DNA of 64,000 nucleotides from Clostridiales bacterium (lineage in GTDB: Bacteria > Bacillota > Clostridia > Christensenellales > UBA3700), in assembly GCA_015055975.1 (NCBI GenBank), contig SVHF01000004.1:5390-69389 (forward strand), written 5' to 3'. Below the pieces are notes generated by a model. That model was given only the letters and a program-made list of their open reading frames with translations, ran no database searches and was not told the DNA's origin. Below are positions 1-8,300 of this stretch, in pieces. Both the position numbers and the translations under genes were made by a program. Position 1 is the first letter of the stretch. Every line of letters begins with the position of its first letter.

Positions 1-976
1 TCAATCTATCTACATTCTTTATTACAGATATTCCATCTGCACTAGCCATAAGTACACTAACTATTGGCATTAAATCTGGGATATCTTTGCAATCTATTTC
101 AATTGAGTGTAGCTTCTTTTTTGAAACAATTACGTTATCTCCTCTAATTGCTACCTTTGCTCCCATATCCATTATGATTTGCAATATTTCTCTATCCCCT
201 TGAACTGAATCAAAGTATAGGTTATTTACTTGTGTTTCTCCATTTAATGCACCAAGTGCTAACCAAAAAGCAGCATTTGACCAATCGCCTTGTACATGCA
301 AGTCTGTTTTATTTAAATACTTTTGATTGCCTGGGACATAATAAGAATTGTTGTCTACTTTCTCAATAGATATACCAAAATATTTCAATACGTCTAGAGT
401 TATTTCTATATACTTTGATGAAACAACATCTCCAAGAATAGTTATAGTGCTATCTTTTTCAAGTATTGGAAGCGCTAACATAAGACCTGTTATATATTGA
501 GATGAAACGCTACCATTTATCTTGTAATCTCCAGGTAATAGTTTCCCAGATATATTAAGTGGTAAAGAATCTGCATCAATTGTTGCCCCATGTTCTCTTA
601 ATACATCCAACAAATCTTTAAGAGGTCTTTTTTGAAGCCCTTCTTTTCCAATAACTTTGCAAGATTTACCAAGAGCTAAAGCAATTGGCAATATAAATCT
701 TAGAGTTGATCCACTTTCAATGCAGTCTAAAACTATATCGTTTCTTTCTTTATTTGTTGGCTTTACTATATATTTATTTGGTTTTATTTCAACATCGCCA
801 TATAAAGCTTTAATACAATTTATTGTAGCTTCTATATCTTTAGATCCTGTAACTCCATTTAATTCAACTTCTTTACCTGAAAGCATAGCGCATAGAAGCA
901 TTCTATGTGCGTATGATTTTGAAGGTATAGAGTTTATCTTTCCGCCCATTAAATTAGGAGTTATAGTAGCCTTCAT
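1..976 (-). CDS. aroA: 3-phosphoshikimate 1-carboxyvinyltransferase (EPSP synthase), N-terminal ~325 aa; the 3' end runs off the window
   Basis: The minus-strand frame is open from the window edge to the ATG at 976, in a TAATG overlap with the aroB stop. My own translation reads MKATITPNLMGGKINSIPSKSYAHRMLLCA...ESGSTLRF...SSQYITGLMLALP...QGDWSNAAFW...DIPDLMPIVSVLMA, which are EPSP synthase hallmarks. It is absent from the ORF track because it has no in-window stop. Confidence 0.9.
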   Translation of the reverse strand, partial: MKATITPNLMGGKINSIPSKSYAHRMLLCAMLSGKEVELNGVTGSKDIEATINCIKALYGDVEIKPNKYIVKPTNKERNDIVLDCIESGSTLRFILPIALALGKSCKVIGKEGLQKRPLKDLLDVLREHGATIDADSLPLNISGKLLPGDYKINGSVSSQYITGLMLALPILEKDSTITILGDVVSSKYIEITLDVLKYFGISIEKVDNNSYYVPGNQKYLNKTDLHVQGDWSNAAFWLALGALNGETQVNNLYFDSVQGDREILQIIMDMGAKVAIRGDNVIVSKKKLHSIEIDCKDIPDLMPIVSVLMASADGISVIKNVDRL

Positions 977-2007
977 TAAATTAAGTCCTCAATCTTTAAC
1001 TTTTCTATTCTGCAATCTCCAAAAGCATATGGCATTACGACATTTATATATTCACCTTCTGCCTTTTTATCTAGTTTTATAACATCTATCATTTGTTGCA
1101 TTGAATATTCTTTATCTATATGCATATCGTATCTATCTAAAAGTGTTGTTAACTTTTCATATGCGCATGGTGCAAGCTTTCCTTGCTTTATAGATATATC
1201 TGAAATAATCTTTAGCCCTTTAGCTACCGCAAGCCCATGAGGGATTTCATATCCGCTCAATTTTTCTATAGCGTGAGCAAATGTATGACCAAGATTTAAT
1301 AATCTTCTTAAATTAGATTCTTTTTCATCTTCCTCAACTATGTATTTTTTGTATCTTATACATAATTCTACGAATCTATCTATATTTGATGAGCATGTAA
1401 CGCCCTCTCCTACAATGCTTTCTAATTCATTATCCATAAGCATTGCGTATTTAATTCCTTCTCCCATACCGTTTTTATATTCCGTACAAGGAAGTGAATC
1501 AAGTGTCTTTAAATCTATAATGACTTTAATTGGTTGGTAAAATGCACCAACAAGGTTTTTACCATTTGGTAAATCTATAGCGGTCTTACCACCAACTGAT
1601 GAATCTATCATAGCAAGAAGTGTTGTTGGAACTTGTACAAAATCCACACCTCTCATATATGATGCAGCAACAAAGCCTGCCAAATCTCCAACGACTCCAC
1701 CGCCAAGAGCTACGATTAGATCGTTTCTTTTAAAGTTTTGTGATGCAAGATATTCAAGTATTTCTGAAAATGATTTAATGTTTTTACTCTTTTCGCCGTG
1801 AGGAATTGTGAACATACAAACATTGTATCCAGCTTTTTTTAGCGAATTGAAAACAATATCTCCATATAGTGATGCAACTATATCGTCTGTTACGATACAA
1901 ACATTACATAAAGATTTTATCTTTAAGATATCTTCGCCGATTTTAGATAATAGGTTTCTTCCTATTTCAATATCATAAGATTTTGATGCATTTACATTAA
2001 TTACCAT
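976..2007 (-). CDS. aroB: 3-dehydroquinate synthase
   Basis: 343 aa. The GGGVVGDLAGFVAASYMRGVDFVQVPTTLLAMIDSSVGGKTAI block is typical of AroB. It overlaps tyrA by 11 nt. Confidence 0.92.
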   Translation of the reverse strand: MVINVNASKSYDIEIGRNLLSKIGEDILKIKSLCNVCIVTDDIVASLYGDIVFNSLKKAGYNVCMFTIPHGEKSKNIKSFSEILEYLASQNFKRNDLIVALGGGVVGDLAGFVAASYMRGVDFVQVPTTLLAMIDSSVGGKTAIDLPNGKNLVGAFYQPIKVIIDLKTLDSLPCTEYKNGMGEGIKYAMLMDNELESIVGEGVTCSSNIDRFVELCIRYKKYIVEEDEKESNLRRLLNLGHTFAHAIEKLSGYEIPHGLAVAKGLKIISDISIKQGKLAPCAYEKLTTLLDRYDMHIDKEYSMQQMIDVIKLDKKAEGEYINVVMPYAFGDCRIEKLKIEDLI

Positions 2008-2872
2008 TATTAATTCTCTCTTGTAATTTCTTTGCTCTTAGTGATTCTACTTGTTCTTTTGCTATTCTTCCTTCATCCAAAAGCTTTTCTAATTCTTCGC
2101 AATTGTTATCCATAAGTGCCTTTTTAAATGCAGATAGATTTTCTTGTAGATTGTCTATTTGACCAACCAAGTAATCTCTATTTTCTAGCATTAATTCTGA
2201 CCACATTTGAGGATTCAATCTTGCGACTCTTGTCATATCTCTAAAAGAACCTGCAGAAAAACCATAGTGAGTTGTTGCAAGTGGGTTTTTGATATAACTT
2301 GAAGACACGATATGTGCAAGTTGAGATGTAAATGAAATCATCTCATCGTGTTCTTCTGGAGTTGTTATAACAATACCTTCAAAACCAATGCTTTGTGCAA
2401 ATTCTTTCATTGTAACTAAAGCTTCGATTGGAGTTTTAATTGGAACAATAAGCATAGTAGATTTCTCAAACAATGTTGCTTGTGAATGAGAAAAGCCACT
2501 AAACTCTCTCCCTGCCATTGGGTGACCACCCATAAATATAATGTCTGGATATTTTTCATGCATTTCAAACATCTTTTTGCAGATGCCTCTCTTTGTACCA
2601 CCACAATCTACAACTATACAACCCTTTTTCAAAAGTGGAACCCACTCATCCAAAGCTTCTTCAATAGCTCTTGGGTATAAAGTTATAATAAGCATGTCTA
2701 ATTCTTTTGCATTCTCTTTTGATAAACGCGCATGAATTGCTTGGCAAAGCTCAGCTTTTTGCATTGTAGATTCATGTAAAGATAATCCATAAACCTTATT
2801 GTCTGTATATTTAGAGATGGCTCTTCCTAATGAGCCTCCGATTAGTCCTAACCCAATGATACCTATATTCAT
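1997..2872 (-). CDS. tyrA: prephenate (arogenate) dehydrogenase
   Basis: 291 aa. N-terminal Rossmann motif NIGIIGLGLIGGS followed by a prephenate dehydrogenase-like core. Sits in the aro operon. Confidence 0.85.
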   Translation of the reverse strand: MNIGIIGLGLIGGSLGRAISKYTDNKVYGLSLHESTMQKAELCQAIHARLSKENAKELDMLIITLYPRAIEEALDEWVPLLKKGCIVVDCGGTKRGICKKMFEMHEKYPDIIFMGGHPMAGREFSGFSHSQATLFEKSTMLIVPIKTPIEALVTMKEFAQSIGFEGIVITTPEEHDEMISFTSQLAHIVSSSYIKNPLATTHYGFSAGSFRDMTRVARLNPQMWSELMLENRDYLVGQIDNLQENLSAFKKALMDNNCEELEKLLDEGRIAKEQVESLRAKKLQERINNGN

Positions 2873-2873
2873 A

Positions 2874-3887
2874 TTAGTTTCTTACCTTTCCAACAAGTGG
2901 TAGCATAACGTCTACTTTCTTTACTACTTCTTCGAATTGTTCTGGACGAAGTGATTGTGCACCATCGCAAAGAGCGTGTGGTGGATCGTTATGAACTTCA
3001 ATAATTAAACCATCAGAGCCTGCACCAACAGATGCAAGTGACATTGGTTCAACTAATCTTGCAATACCTGACGCGTGAGATGGGTCAACAATAATTGGTA
3101 AGTGAGTCATCTCTTTTACAAGTGGAATAGCAGACAAATCTAGTGTGTTTCTTGTAGCTGGTTCGAATGTTCTTATACCTCTTTCGCACAAAATAACGTT
3201 TTCGTTTCCTTCGCTCATGATGTATTCAGCACTCATTAACCATTCTTGAATAGTATTAGCTAAGCCTCTCTTTAGAAGAATTGGCTTATTTAATTTACCA
3301 ACAGCTTTTAATAAATCGAAGTTTTGCATGTTTCTTGCACCAATTTGAATGATATCTACATCAGCAAATAGATCAATATATTTTTCTGCCATAAGTTCTG
3401 TACAAATTGGCATGCCTGTTTCTTTCTTTGCTTCAAGAAGCAATTTTAATCCTTCAGCTTTTAATCCTTGGAATGCGTATGGAGAAGTTCTAGGTTTAAA
3501 TGCACCGCCTCTTAAGATATTAGCACCTGCTGCTTTTACAGCTTTTGCAATGCCGATGATTTGTTCTTCTGATTCAACAGAACAAGGACCAGCAATTAAT
3601 TGGAAGCTATTGCCGCCAAATTTGTGGCCACATACATCAACTATTGTATCTTGAGGATGGAACTTTCTATTTGCTAGTTTAAATGGTTCTTGGATACGCT
3701 TTACGTTTTCAACAATATCTAATGATCTAATTAGATCAATATCTATTTTTGATGTATCACCAACCAAACCTAAAATTAGGTTCTTCTCACCTTTTGAAAC
3801 GTCGATTTTAACGCCTTGTGATTTAATCCATTTTGTTAGGGAATCTAACTGTTCCTTTTCATAATCTTGTTTTACAATAATAATCAT
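2874..3887 (-). CDS. 3-deoxy-7-phosphoheptulonate (DAHP) synthase, type I-beta with a short N-terminal regulatory-type domain
   Basis: ORF 2874..3989 trimmed to the ATG at 3887, which is preceded by GGAGAAGA. Carries [22 protein letters not shown] and IVDPSH motifs of the KDSA/DAHP I-beta family. The upstream in-frame extension crosses a terminator. Confidence 0.88.
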   Translation of the reverse strand: MIIIVKQDYEKEQLDSLTKWIKSQGVKIDVSKGEKNLILGLVGDTSKIDIDLIRSLDIVENVKRIQEPFKLANRKFHPQDTIVDVCGHKFGGNSFQLIAGPCSVESEEQIIGIAKAVKAAGANILRGGAFKPRTSPYAFQGLKAEGLKLLLEAKKETGMPICTELMAEKYIDLFADVDIIQIGARNMQNFDLLKAVGKLNKPILLKRGLANTIQEWLMSAEYIMSEGNENVILCERGIRTFEPATRNTLDLSAIPLVKEMTHLPIIVDPSHASGIARLVEPMSLASVGAGSDGLIIEVHNDPPHALCDGAQSLRPEQFEEVVKKVDVMLPLVGKVRN

Positions 3888-3904
3888 ATCTCTTCTCCAT
3901 ATAT

Positions 3905-3933
3905 AAAAAACCGCCAACTTTTTTGTGGCGGCT
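3905..3933 (-). terminator. intrinsic terminator / candidate attenuator directly upstream of the aro operon RBS
   Basis: The minus strand reads GCCGCCAC-AAAAAAG-TTGGCGG followed by TTTTTT. It lies about 20 nt before the DAHP synthase RBS. Confidence 0.6.
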
Positions 3934-3982
3934 TTAATAATTTTTATCCTTGTATTATTTAATCTAGAAAACCGCGCACAAA

Positions 3983-4045
3983 TTAACAACTATAATAATA
4001 GCCGTAAAAGTTCCATGTATAGATGTTAAATAAACGTGTTTTCAT
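3983..4045 (-). CDS. candidate leader peptide [20 protein letters not shown] (20 aa, 8 aromatic residues)
   Basis: Hand translation of the minus strand from 4045 to 3983. It lies between a sigma70-like promoter and the terminator at 3905-3933. There is no Shine-Dalgarno sequence, and the ATG sits only about 9 nt after the -10 box. Confidence 0.4.
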   Translation of the reverse strand: MKTRLFNIYTWNFYGYYYSC

Positions 4046-4054
4046 ATCGATGTA

Positions 4055-4084
4055 ATTATAGTTTTTATCCTTTAATTTTGTCAA
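4055..4084 (-). promoter_or_regulatory. sigma70-type promoter (TTGACA, 18-nt spacer, TATAAT) for the aro leader/operon
   Basis: Perfect -35 (4084-4079) and -10 (4060-4055) hexamers on the minus strand. Confidence 0.5.
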
Positions 4085-4101
4085 TAATGTTTTGTATTAT
4101 T

Positions 4102-4416
4102 TTATAGTTTCTTAATTATTTCTCCTAAATCTCTTTTTCCAAATAATATTCTAACTATAACAATTCTCTTATTTACCATTTTATAAAAAGCAATATATTG
4201 ATCAATATAAATTTTTCTAATTATCGTGTCTTTTAGAATAGTATTATCTAACAACATTCCACTTTCTGGATACTCACAAATAATTTGTATCTTCTCTTCG
4301 AATAATTGTATAAACTCTATAGCAGCAGTTTTATTACACAACGTATTCGCTATGTAATTCACTATTATGTCTAAATCTTTCTTTGCCCTGCTAGCAAATT
4401 TATATTTATAGGCCAT
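4102..4416 (-). CDS. type II toxin, RelE/ParE family
   Basis: 104 aa. The sequence pattern (FASRAKKDLDIIVNYI ... IVRILFGKRD) is typical of ParE/RelE. It overlaps the upstream antitoxin gene by 11 nt. Confidence 0.8.
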   Translation of the reverse strand: MAYKYKFASRAKKDLDIIVNYIANTLCNKTAAIEFIQLFEEKIQIICEYPESGMLLDNTILKDTIIRKIYIDQYIAFYKMVNKRIVIVRILFGKRDLGEIIKKL

Positions 4417-4663
4417 ATTTCTCCTTGATTTCTTTAATTACTAACTCTCCGTCTTCAATTCTTCCAGCCTTTATATCTTCTAAGCCTTCTGCTAACATTA
4501 CCGCTTCATAAGCATCTCTCATTATTTTTTCATAATACTTCATATCCATGACAACTAAAGATCCATATCCATTTTTTGTAACAAACACTGGCTCCTCTTT
4601 TTCGTGACACATCTCTTCTATTTTTACCGTATCTTTTAAATCTCTCATTGGTACTATTTGCAT
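4406..4663 (-). CDS. type II antitoxin, Phd/YefM family
   Basis: 85 aa. The N-terminal part (PMRDLKDTVKI...EPVFVTKNGYGSLVVMDMKYYE) looks like Phd/YefM. A GGGAGGA RBS precedes it. Confidence 0.8.
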   Translation of the reverse strand: MQIVPMRDLKDTVKIEEMCHEKEEPVFVTKNGYGSLVVMDMKYYEKIMRDAYEAVMLAEGLEDIKAGRIEDGELVIKEIKEKYGL

Positions 4664-4695
4664 TTTTTATCCTCCCTACTGCTCACAGTTCCTTT

Positions 4696-4719
4696 TGTGT
4701 GTCTAAATTATAGCACACA
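4696..4719 (-). promoter_or_regulatory. TA promoter with a flanking inverted repeat (candidate autoregulatory operator)
   Basis: TGTGTG (4696-4701) and CACACA (4714-4719) bracket a minus-strand TATAAT at 4712-4707, about 45 nt upstream of the antitoxin ATG. Confidence 0.4.
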
Positions 4720-4753
4720 TTTAGCCACAATACAATAAAGCATATAAGTAATA

Positions 4754-5038
4754 TTAAACTATTTCGTATATTTTAAGGGATTTATCAAATCTAGATTTAT
4801 TCAAAACATCCAAAAGTGCTAATTCTTTGCATCTTGATGCATGCTTTTCTAAGCACTCTTTGTTTTCCCATCTTTCAAAAAATACAATTTCTTTATCTTC
4901 TTCGTTATATTCTGAAATATCAAAAGCAATACAACCCTTGTCAACATCTTTAGACATTTTTGCATGTTCAATTGCTGCTTCCATAAATATTGGAACATCT
5001 TTTTCTTCTAATTTATTTGTACATACTACGTATATCAT
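4754..5038 (-). CDS. antibiotic-biosynthesis-monooxygenase (ABM) fold protein
   Basis: ORF trimmed to the ATG at 5038 with a GGGGTGA RBS. About 94 aa with a ferredoxin-like ABM pattern (FFERWENKECLEKH). Confidence 0.6.
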   Translation of the reverse strand: MIYVVCTNKLEEKDVPIFMEAAIEHAKMSKDVDKGCIAFDISEYNEEDKEIVFFERWENKECLEKHASRCKELALLDVLNKSRFDKSLKIYEIV

Positions 5039-5085
5039 AATTTCACCCCTTTTCAATAATACCATACTTTAAGTATAATAAGGCT

Positions 5086-5316
5086 ATGGAAGATTTAAAT
5101 AAACCACTGAACGAAGACGAAAAAGATTTAATTATTAATTGGTTCATCAAAAACGAAGGACCAAGCGGAGAATCGCAGATTAAAACTTTTAGATTAAGAG
5201 ATAAATTAGATAAATCTCCAAAGACTTCTCGTGAATTAATAGAAACAAATATTAAAGCAAATTCTTATAAGATAGATTCTATGAGCTTTTATATGCTACT
5301 TATGGCCCATATTTAA
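5086..5316 (+). CDS. hypothetical 76-aa protein
   Basis: An ORF only, with a weak RBS. It converges on, and overlaps by 4 nt, the end of the 1594-aa gene. Confidence 0.3.
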   Translation: MEDLNKPLNEDEKDLIINWFIKNEGPSGESQIKTFRLRDKLDKSPKTSRELIETNIKANSYKIDSMSFYMLLMAHI

Positions 5317-8300
5317 ATAGGCGTTGTTTTGTGTTCAACAAACTCAATTGTTCCCATTATCAATCTAATTGAATAATTCATCGTAACATCTTGATTATTA
5401 CTATCGATGATTTTCAATTCTTCTATTTCGTTATATGCAGGTTCTCCAATTGTTACTTGTATTTCCTTGAATGTACATTCTATGCGATCGCCATTTTGTA
5501 AATAACCTTGAGTTACATTTGCATATCTTCCAACTATTTCATCGCCAACAATTTGCTTAAACGAATTTGTTGTTATTGTTATAACTTTAGGATTTGTTTG
5601 CAAAGCGATGCCCTTTATAAATACAACATAATTATTTGTTACATCTTGATTTGAATAATTCTTTACTATCCAATGTGCGTTTTGCTCTAAATCTCTACCA
5701 TATACAATTCCAGCATTTAAAGTTTCCAATGTGTCAATTAATTCAACTCTATATACATTAGATGGCTTTGTTGCGGCAACTATTTCATAGTTGTAGTTAT
5801 AGTAATAATAATCAACCTCGTATTTTTGCCCATTATAACTTCTCGATGATGCATAAACCATCAATTCAATAATATCTTTGCTTGTAACTATAACTTCGCC
5901 TTTAGATGTTATGATGTTATATTTTTCTGTAACATCTTCGCCTTTTTTATTGAACAATCTAAACGACCGAATCTCACTTTCACTTGTTCCAACCTCTGTA
6001 CGCTTTCCATATACTTCACAAGAATATGTATATCCTTGGCTCAATAACATTTCAAATAAGCCATGTCCAGATTCTGTTTCAACTTCGTTTTTTGCAACCA
6101 ATTCTGTTCCGTTATATTTTGCATAAGTTCTTACAGGATGAATATACAAATTCTTCACACTATAATAATCTTTTATGCCAGCATGATTGCCAGGTACAAT
6201 TTCTCCTTCTCCTGCTTCGCCGCCTTCTCCCGATTCGCCGCCTTCACCGCCAGAACCACTGCCTGATCCGCCTGCACCGCCAGAGCCTCTACCATCTGGG
6301 GCTGTTACTTCTACCATAACCCAGCCAACGCCTTCAATATATACTTCTACCCATGCATGAAGATTCTTATCTGTAATTGTTGTAATTTTGTTTGCTTCAT
6401 CAATATATACATAAGCCCCGCCTATAAATCTTGCTGGGATTCCCAATGCTCTATAAAGCATTGTTGCGGCCGTTGCATAATGACGACAAACACCTTCTTT
6501 GTAATCTCTTAAGAATGCTATTACAACATCTGATTCTGAATCTAATGATTTATCATAATCCATGTTGTATTTAGCTGAGCTTTGAATGAACTTAGCAACT
6601 TTACTAATAATTGCTGGATCTTCTTTTGTAAATCCGTTTTCTACAATAATTGAATTCAAATATGTTTTTAATCTGCCTTCTTCTAGTGTTAAGAAGTTTG
6701 CGTTAACATAATCTCTATATATAACTTCGTTATTTGCTAAAACGCCTGTTAAATGATTGTCCAATCTTATTGCAACATCTGTTTGTGTAATAAAGTGACT
6801 AAAGCTATATCCATCAACAGATTGCTCTAAATCTATCAAATCACCATCCATTAAATGCTCTGTATCTGTTGATAGATAATAAGGTCTAAATGGCATGTAT
6901 GTAAATGAATTGATAATCATGCTATTTGCTTGAGCTTCAATATTCTTTAGGTTAGTACCTGTTATATATTCTTGTGTATGAGAACCATCTAACACAATTG
7001 ATTCAGGGTTTATGATATCAAAGACTCTGCCTTGATATTGACTATATGAATATGACTTCAAATAGAAAGCTCCAACCTCACTTGATTGTACAGCCGCTAT
7101 AATTAGTGGTTCATCGCCATATCCTTCACCTTCTCCACCGCCGCCGGCAGGGTCCACTACTGTCAATGTCCCGACTTCAAATGTAACAGTATAATAACTT
7201 GGGTTTGCAAAATAAGCTCTAACAACTGCGTGGTTTGGAGATTGACCTATATTTGTTCTTTGGCCAATAACTGTTACTTCAACTATGTCACCTTCAAATA
7301 CTGGATTTTCAAATACTGATGTATCCAATCTATAATGATCATATTTCAAAGGTTCGCCATCATATATCTTTTCTTTGCTTCCTGTTATAATCTTCAATAC
7401 TCTTGGAATTATTTTGATAGCGCTTTTTGCATATGTAATATTATATACATCTTTAACGCTAACATTATTTGCATCTAGTATATCTATGATTGAACTTATA
7501 GAACTTTCCGTTTCCCCAATTTCTGTTCGACTTCCGTCAATTGTTACATTTACAACATGATCTCCTTCTAATAAGCCTGAGCCCAAAATGTCAATATCTG
7601 TTGGTTTATGTTCTTGTTTATCAAATTGCGCTTCGACATATTGTGGAGAAATTACAATTGGTCGTTTGTTTATAACAAAATCTTCTTTATAATCTTCACC
7701 AAACACAAGGTTATAGCAATCTCTATTTGGGGTTATTGTATCGCCTGCATAGATATCAGCAGCTTGAATCCATGTTTTATATGTGCCAATATCTCTAAAT
7801 GAGCCATATACTTGAGACACTACAATTCGATCCTCTTGTGCCAATGACTTACCGTTTGTAATTTGATAATCCTTGCTTGGTTGATGATATTGTCTATCAT
7901 AAATTATTTCTTCATGAATAGGAGTAATAACGATTGTTTTAACATTGACTCTGACTTCAACTGGAGATAATGCATCAAGTCCTAAATCATAATTTGCCGT
8001 AAAGTCTTTAGTGTCATCAAATATTGATGAGATTCTTAGACTTATAATCTTTGATTGACACGCGCCAACTCTTGTTTGGTAGTTGTCAAATACAACATCT
8101 CGTAATATATGATCTGTACAAAGACCGCTTGTGCTAAATGCTGGGCTATGTTTAAGTCCATCATAATCTCCATTAAAACTTAAAAGCGATAGATTTAATG
8201 CTTTTTTATTAATAGTAAATGTTGCTTTTGAATATTCTTGAGGAACGATTATATTGTAATAGTCCTGATATACATAATATCTAGATCCGCCTGCTCTAAT

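Noticed and set aside
3888-3989. In-frame N-terminal extension of the DAHP synthase ORF ([12 protein letters not shown]...)
   Set aside because: The extension spans an intrinsic terminator and has no RBS. The internal ATG at 3887 has GGAGAAGA upstream and begins the conserved domain. For the same reason I trimmed the starts at 5038, 13668, 22965, 30265, 31096, 33369, 34495, 36109, 39841, 40387, 43075, 45761, 46042, 51185, 53004, 54357, 59061, 62014 and 63817.
3900-4100. T-box riboswitch as an explanation for the aro leader
   Set aside because: I could not find the conserved T-box sequence (AANNNGGGTGGTACCGCG-like) or a specifier-loop architecture. The leader is only ~150 nt long.
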